DNA from: Wolbachia endosymbiont strain TRS of Brugia malayi
GTDB taxonomy: Bacteria > Pseudomonadota > Alphaproteobacteria > Rickettsiales > Anaplasmataceae
DNA length: 32,000 nt
Assembly: GCF_000008385.1 (NCBI RefSeq)
Contig: NC_006833.1
Span: forward strand, 270,001 to 302,000
Direction: 5' to 3'
Position 1 is the first letter of the stretch. Each line of letters begins with the position of its first letter. The notes beneath the pieces were generated by a model. The model searched no databases. It saw nothing but the letters and a program-made list of their open reading frames with translations, and was not told the origin of the DNA. This document shows positions 26,917 to 32,000 of the stretch, one piece after another. The position numbers and the translations under genes are program-made.

Positions 26917-27348
26917 AGAGAACAGTAAACAACTCACATTGCATTGTTCTTTTTGTCTTTATTTAAGAATTAGTTCAAAAATCAACTAATCTTCTTTTTT
27001 TATAAAGAAATTATTTGAAAAACTTCTGCATTACCCTTATCGTGACGTTATGGATATTTATAATTCCAAGGTTGACTACTTACCAAGCATATAAGACATT
27101 AATGTCAAGTTCCTACAAGAGATATCACTAGGGTTTCTTTTGCTTTTTTTCCTGCTTGGTGAGTTCCTTAAACATTTACAGCTAAAGCAATTTAAAAGTA
27201 TCCAGCGTTTAAAACTTTTAAAATACTAATTTGCCCTGTTTTCATTTGGTTTAGGTTGTACAGAAAGTCTAATGCCACAATAAAGAAATTATGTTTCCCA
27301 CACTGGCACTTAAACTTACAAACACTTTTCATGAGCTATGGGATTGTT

Positions 27349-28001
27349 TTAAGTTAAGGTCAAACCTATTTCCAGCAAGTTGTTTTCACAAATACAGTGC
27401 ATTTTAACGTTATAATGCTCTAATAACAGGTGGGTCATGTAAATACTAATATCTTTTGTACTTAAATTGTCATCTTCTTTCTTGTTTAACTTTTCTACTA
27501 ATGATCTGCTCAGGGACTTATGCTCGTTTAGAACTTGCATTGTTAGTAGAGTTTCATGCTTCACTTGGCTCAACAAAATAGACATTCGTTCAACCTCTGC
27601 TACTGCGCTGGCTATAGTTATTACCATATTAGAGATTATTTTATTTATCTTTTCAATTAAACTTACTTTACACTTCGCAAAGTATTCATTCGTTTTCCAC
27701 GTGAATTTTATTTTTTTTTTAGTAAATAATTTTCAATGTTCAATTTGGTCTGACTAAAGCTACGATTGTCCGCTGAAGAAGAGTATGCTTGTTTCATAAC
27801 TTTGTGCTTATATATCAAATCATCGGAGCTTTCCTTAAGCAGCAATAATGCTTCCCTATGTGTACTAGCATCGTTCTGGTTGCCTGCTTCAAGCTCTTCT
27901 AGGCCAAACATTATTCCATTCATAGAGTTAGCAAAGTCATGAAGCAACCATCCTGATAATAACTCTGTTATTGACAGTATGTTTTTGATGTTCTTGCTCA
28001 T
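27349..28001 (-). pseudogene. chpT: ChpT-like histidine phosphotransferase, split into two ORFs at an A10 homopolymer
   Basis: The N-terminal ORF (27708-28001) contains 'LLSGWLLHDFANSMNGIMFGLEELEAG', which resembles the Caulobacter ChpT phospho-His box 'LCHDFISPASAIVSGLDLLED'. It stops directly after 'LLKKK', within 'cta aaa aaa aaa taa' (T10 on the plus strand, 27711-27720). The -1 frame is open from there ('KKKIKFTWKTNEYFAK...') into ORF 27349-27627. The joined length of about 216 aa matches ChpT size. Confidence 0.65.
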
Positions 28002-28094
28002 TGGATAATTATAAATGATTTAAGTTACTCTATATTAGTAAACATATGATAGTCAATTGAGAGAAAGTTTCGTTGTACTTTTTGTGTCGATTCA

Positions 28095-28109
28095 TTAATA
28101 TAGTGTTAA
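28095..28109. promoter_or_regulatory. Full CtrA-box consensus TTAA-N7-TTAA in the divergent chpT/purM intergenic region
   Basis: The sequence is 'ttaa tatagtg ttaa', 20 nt upstream of the purM ATG and about 94 nt upstream of the chpT ATG. The motif is short and AT-rich, so chance occurrence is plausible. Confidence 0.25.
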
Positions 28110-28128
28110 TAGTCATAGAATTTATAAA

Positions 28129-29169
28129 ATGGTCATGAATACTTACGCCAAATCTGGAGTAGATCTTAAACTGTATAATAAGCTGATGAAAGAAGTTAAG
28201 CTTGTTGTTGATGAAAATAAAAGAGAAGAAGTAATTAGCGAAGTGGGTTCATTTTCTGCATTATTTGATTTTGCTGCGTTAAGTAAGAAATATGACCATC
28301 CTGTACTGGTTTCTTCAACTGATGGGGTAGGCACAAAGCTGTTGATAGCCCAAGAAGTAGATAAACATGACACTATAGGTATAGATTTAGTTGCAATGTG
28401 CGTAAATGATTTACTTGCACAGGGAGCAACACCTTTATTTTTCCTCGATTATTTTGCAACAGGTGCTTTGAACAAAGATGTTCTATTGTCTGTAGTTCAG
28501 GGTATTACAGAGGGGTGTAAGCAGGCCAAGATAACATTAGTTGGTGGAGAAACCGCAGAGATGCCTGGAATGTATGGTAATAATCACTATGACCTTGCAG
28601 GATTTGTGGTTGGAGTGGTTGATAAGAGCAAGATTCTTCCAAATTACGGTGTGATGAGAGCAGGTGATTATATAGTTGGCTTAGAATCAAGTGGAATTCA
28701 TTCAAATGGGTTTTCTTTGGTGCGTCATATCTTTGAAGATTTAGGCATAAGTTACAATGATCTATCTCCGTGGGATAATCAACTTTGGGGGGAGGTATTA
28801 CTCAAGCCAACAAAAATATATGTTGATTCTTTACTGCCTATTATGTCGCAGGTAAAAGGTATTGCACACATCACAGGTGGTGGCTTAATAGATAATGTTC
28901 CACGAATTCTTCCAAAAAATTTATTTGCAGATGTAGATATCAGTTCTTTGGAATGGCCAGATATATTTTTGTGGCTGACGAAAGAGGGTAAAGTGGAGAA
29001 GAGAGAAATGTTAAGAACATTTAATTGTGGTATTGGTATGATATTGATCATAGATCCTGAAAATATGCAAGGCGTAAAAAATCATTTCCAAAAACTTGGG
29101 GAAAAAATTGAGATCATTGGAAAACTTAATGAGAAATACAACCCGTCATTTAATGGAGTAGTATCTTAA
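28129..29169 (+). CDS. purM: phosphoribosylformylglycinamidine cyclo-ligase (AIR synthetase)
   Basis: 346 aa. 'YAKSGVDL', 'LVSSTDGVGTKLLIA', 'GIDLVAMCVNDLLAQGATPLFFLDYFA' and 'GGETAEMPGMY' are present. An alternative start lies at 28135. Confidence 0.93.
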   Translation: MVMNTYAKSGVDLKLYNKLMKEVKLVVDENKREEVISEVGSFSALFDFAALSKKYDHPVLVSSTDGVGTKLLIAQEVDKHDTIGIDLVAMCVNDLLAQGATPLFFLDYFATGALNKDVLLSVVQGITEGCKQAKITLVGGETAEMPGMYGNNHYDLAGFVVGVVDKSKILPNYGVMRAGDYIVGLESSGIHSNGFSLVRHIFEDLGISYNDLSPWDNQLWGEVLLKPTKIYVDSLLPIMSQVKGIAHITGGGLIDNVPRILPKNLFADVDISSLEWPDIFLWLTKEGKVEKREMLRTFNCGIGMILIIDPENMQGVKNHFQKLGEKIEIIGKLNEKYNPSFNGVVS

Positions 29170-29892
29170 TTAGCATAACTTTACTGATAATCTTTTCGCG
29201 ACCTCTAAGTATGCTTCCTTCAAGTTTCCTAAATTCAAGCGGAAAACGTCTTTATCTAATTTTTTGTGCGTATTTTTATCCCACAGCCTACAGTTGTCAG
29301 GGCTGATCTCATCTGCTAAAGTAATCTTTGTATTATCGTTTATTGGTCTGCCAAATTCCAATTTAAGGTCGACTAAATCTATCCCTGCATTTAAAAATAA
29401 ATCGATTAGAACTGTGTTGATTTTAATGGTTATAGTTTTAATTTCTTCCATTTCTTCGTAAGATAGCCAGCCAAAATATAGCACGTGATTTTCGTTTACC
29501 ATTGGATCAGCTAGGCCATCGTTTTTATAAAAAAACTCGATTATAGGAAATGCGAGTTTCTCACCTTCTTTTATATTGAAACGCTTACAAAAACTACCAG
29601 CTGCGATATTTCTTACTACTATTTCAAGAGGTATAATTTTTAATTTTTTAACTAGCTGTTCTCTTTCGCTTAGAGTTTTTATAAAGTGTGTGTTAATTCC
29701 TGCTTTCTCAAGTGTTTCCATAATAAAAGTGCTAATGCGATTGTTAATTGTTCCTTTGCCCTCAATAATTTTATATTTTTCTTTATTGAAAGCTGTAACT
29801 TCATCTTTGAAGTATTGTATGACGGTTAATGGATCTTTAGTTTCAATAATGAACTTTGCTTTACCTTCATATATTATTTTGTCTGGCAACAT
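29170..29892 (-). CDS. purC: phosphoribosylaminoimidazole-succinocarboxamide synthase (SAICAR synthetase)
   Basis: 240 aa. 'IYEGKAKFI', 'PLEIVVRNIAAGS' and 'LADEISPDNCRLWD' are present. Its stop codon abuts the purM stop with zero spacer. Confidence 0.92.
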   Translation of the reverse strand: MLPDKIIYEGKAKFIIETKDPLTVIQYFKDEVTAFNKEKYKIIEGKGTINNRISTFIMETLEKAGINTHFIKTLSEREQLVKKLKIIPLEIVVRNIAAGSFCKRFNIKEGEKLAFPIIEFFYKNDGLADPMVNENHVLYFGWLSYEEMEEIKTITIKINTVLIDLFLNAGIDLVDLKLEFGRPINDNTKITLADEISPDNCRLWDKNTHKKLDKDVFRLNLGNLKEAYLEVAKRLSVKLC

Positions 29893-29960
29893 GTGTGATT
29901 TAAGTATATATTATAAGCATTATATCAAATCACACTTAAGTTTACTACAAATTTATAAAG

Positions 29961-30668
29961 ATGTTCGATGTTACAATATTAACCATATTTCCAGAAATGT
30001 TTCCTGGATTTTTGAACTATTCCCTTGCTGGAAAAGCATTAGAGAAGAAGATATGGAACCTTCAAGTGATAAATATTCGTTTTTTTGCTAAAGATAGGCA
30101 TTTGACGGTAGACCATATTCCATATGGGGGTGGAGCAGGAATGATTATGCGCCCTGATGTAGTTGGTGATGCAGTTGATAGTGTACTTTCTACTCATAAA
30201 GATACTAAATTTATTTATATGACTCCGTCTGGCACAAAATTTGATCAGAGTATTGCAAGGGAATTGGTAGGATTTCCTCATATAACGATATTATGTGGTC
30301 GATTTGAGGGTATTGACCAAAGGGTGATAGATGAGTATACTCCTTATGAGTTAAGCATTGGAGATTATATTCTTTCAGGAGGTGAACCAGCTGCGATGGT
30401 AATTCTTGATGTGTGCGTTAGACTTCTTCCTGGTGTGGTAAATAATTCCGGTAGTATTACTGAGGAGAGTTTTAGTTATAGCGGTGGTGTGCTTGAGTAT
30501 CCTCAGTATACCAGACCTAAGCAGTGGAGAAAACATAGAGTGCCTAAAATTTTGTTATCTGGTAATCACAAAAAAATAAGTGATTGGAGACAGAAACAGT
30601 CTCAAGTTATAACAAAAAGACGTAGGCCTGAATTATTAGATGGAGAGATAAATGACAAATTTACTTAA
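29961..30668 (+). CDS. trmD: tRNA (guanine37-N1)-methyltransferase
   Basis: 235 aa. '[15 protein letters not shown]', '[14 protein letters not shown]', '[12 protein letters not shown]' and '[16 protein letters not shown]' are present. Confidence 0.95.
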   Translation: MFDVTILTIFPEMFPGFLNYSLAGKALEKKIWNLQVINIRFFAKDRHLTVDHIPYGGGAGMIMRPDVVGDAVDSVLSTHKDTKFIYMTPSGTKFDQSIARELVGFPHITILCGRFEGIDQRVIDEYTPYELSIGDYILSGGEPAAMVILDVCVRLLPGVVNNSGSITEESFSYSGGVLEYPQYTRPKQWRKHRVPKILLSGNHKKISDWRQKQSQVITKRRRPELLDGEINDKFT

Positions 30669-31029
30669 AAAGTTCAATGAGCAACAAATGCAAGTATTAG
30701 CTAAGGAAGTACCAGAATTTCGTCCTGGTGATGATTTGAAAGTTACTTTTAAAGTAGTTGACAGTACAAGTGAGCGTATACAAATATTTGAAGGTGTATG
30801 TATATCAAAAAGAAATCGAGGGTTACATTCTTCTTTTGCGGTTAGAAAAGTAAGTCATGGAGAAAGTATAGTATCTCAATTTTTTATTTACTCTCCTGCA
30901 TTAGTTTCAGTGCAAGTAACAAGAAGAGGAAAGGTTCGTAGGGCAAAGTTGTACTACCTATGTAAACTATTTGGAAAAGCTGCAAGAATAAAAGAGCGCG
31001 CTACTTACAAAAACAATAAGTCTAATTAG
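30652..31029 (+). CDS. rplS: 50S ribosomal protein L19
   Basis: 125 aa. '[38 protein letters not shown]' and '[13 protein letters not shown]' are present. It overlaps the trmD 3' end by 17 nt. Confidence 0.95.
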   Translation: MTNLLKKFNEQQMQVLAKEVPEFRPGDDLKVTFKVVDSTSERIQIFEGVCISKRNRGLHSSFAVRKVSHGESIVSQFFIYSPALVSVQVTRRGKVRRAKLYYLCKLFGKAARIKERATYKNNKSN

Positions 31030-31053
31030 GTACAATGGAGAGTCATGTTAATG

Positions 31054-31283
31054 GTGTCATTCCCAGTGCATGATATACAACTATATAAGCATTTTGATAT
31101 GATAAGGCGTTACATAGTAAACGATGTCATGAAAGTGGCTGACACTGGAATCCAGCTTTTTATGCAATCCCATCAAAGATATTTATTTAGTATAAGATCA
31201 ACTGCTTTCTATGTTCAACAAATCAGTTTGCTTATTTACAAGCAAACTTTCCTGGATCCTAGTGTCGCGCACTGGGATGATAC
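31054..31283. repeat. Cluster of short palindromic-repeat modules plus a 9-bp perfect hairpin, immediately downstream of rplS
   Basis: The modules are 'gtgtcattcccagtgcatgatata' (31054-31077), 'gacactggaatccagc' (31141-31156) and 'ggatcctagtgtcgcgcactgggatgatac' (31254-31283, inverted orientation). The hairpin is 'agtttgctt atttac aagcaaact' (31225-31248). This is the same family as the rluC insert. Confidence 0.65.
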
Positions 31284-31434
31284 CGACAGTTATGTCTTGT
31301 ATTTACAAAACTACAATGCAGAAAGTTCACACAGTTGTGGGTTTGACCTAAGATTTGGGAAGAAAGAAGAGACTTCAGTATTAGCTTGCATGACATCATT
31401 ACACACTTGAGCAACAAAAAGGAACTGAAAGTAA

Positions 31435-32000
31435 ATGAGTATAAAGACAAAATTTCTTAAACTGCTTCAGTCCAGGCGTATGCATGCTCACATAAAAAGG
31501 AAGAATAAAAAAGATAAAGCGTTATATTCCTGTTCTTTTATGACGCTAGTTATTTCACTTAGTTGCCCTGTATGTATATTGCTAAGTATATTGATTAACT
31601 CTTATAGCGCCTTAACAGTAACAAAAATTCTATTACCGATTGAAATAAACACTGATTTTGCTTTAGCAGATAATCCTAGCAATTTGCGGTATAAATCTAT
31701 TAATTCACTAAATGATTCTCTGCGAAAGATATTTAAGGGAACTGATTTTAAGAGTGGTGAAGAGATTTTAAGTCGTAATTCTTATAAGGAGCTAGAGAAT
31801 TTTGTTCGTAGAAAAGTAAAACATAATGGTGAATATGAAATCTGGTTTACCGCGTCAAGTATAATAAATTCAATAAATAAGGGTAAGTATTTTAACAGTC
31901 ATTATGTTGAATTGCTTAGTTGGCTAAAAAAACAGGGGAGAGTAGGAAAATTTTTCAATAGATCTCTATTTCTTAAGTCTGACTCTCGTGAACCTGAAAA
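31435..32000 (+). CDS. Hypothetical membrane-anchored protein, 5' partial view (runs off the window end)
   Basis: My own translation from ATG 31435 stays open to the window end (188 codons): 'MSIKTKFLKLLQSRRMHAHIKRKNKKDKALYSCSFMTLVISLSCPVCILLSILINSY...'. A basic N-terminus precedes one hydrophobic segment. It is absent from the track because no stop lies within the window. Confidence 0.5.
   Translation, partial: MSIKTKFLKLLQSRRMHAHIKRKNKKDKALYSCSFMTLVISLSCPVCILLSILINSYSALTVTKILLPIEINTDFALADNPSNLRYKSINSLNDSLRKIFKGTDFKSGEEILSRNSYKELENFVRRKVKHNGEYEIWFTASSIINSINKGKYFNSHYVELLSWLKKQGRVGKFFNRSLFLKSDSREPE

Noticed and set aside
29576-30091. 171-aa plus-strand ORF
   Set aside because: It is antisense to purC and overlaps the trmD start. 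It has no motifs, and both overlapped genes are strongly supported.
31045-31410. 121-aa ORF downstream of rplS
   Set aside because: Its sequence ('VSFPVHD', 'VADTGIQLF', 'VAHWDD') is the translation of palindromic-repeat modules in both orientations. It is best explained as a repeat cluster, not a gene.

Overview
This is an AT-rich (roughly one-third G+C by eye), gene-dense chromosomal segment. Its gene content and repeat families are most consistent with a Wolbachia-like member of the Rickettsiales/Anaplasmataceae; that assignment is inference from content, and no database search was run. About two thirds of the window is ordinary housekeeping: argS, an rluC-type pseudouridine synthase, pdhA, hemJ, ppdK, dapA, ssb, tRNA-Arg(CCG), a PrtD/AprD-type type I secretion ABC exporter, tsaD, sodB, an M16 peptidase, yajC, glmS, purM, purC, trmD and rplS. 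Between these lie clear signs of reductive decay and mobile DNA. There is a heavily degraded IS66-family element and at least five pseudogenes or remnants: a membrane transporter, an RI-type LRR protein, a YgjP/DUF45-like HExxH hydrolase, a membrane protein and a RelE/ParE toxin. A family of short palindromic repeats is also present, and one copy sits in frame inside the pseudouridine synthase. The most interesting locus is a tight three-gene operon on the minus strand (13449-16321) with no family I recognise. Its sizes, membrane topologies and local sequence patterns mimic a PilM/N-PilO-PilP (MshI-J-K or GspL-M-C-like) envelope assembly platform. No pilin, ATPase or secretin lies in the window, and the operon sits about 0.8 kb from the orphan T1SS ABC exporter. 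A second notable item is a ChpT-like histidine phosphotransferase split exactly at an A10 homopolymer; one extra A or a -1 slip would restore a roughly 216-aa product. All functional calls rest on motif and architecture recognition by eye, not on alignments.
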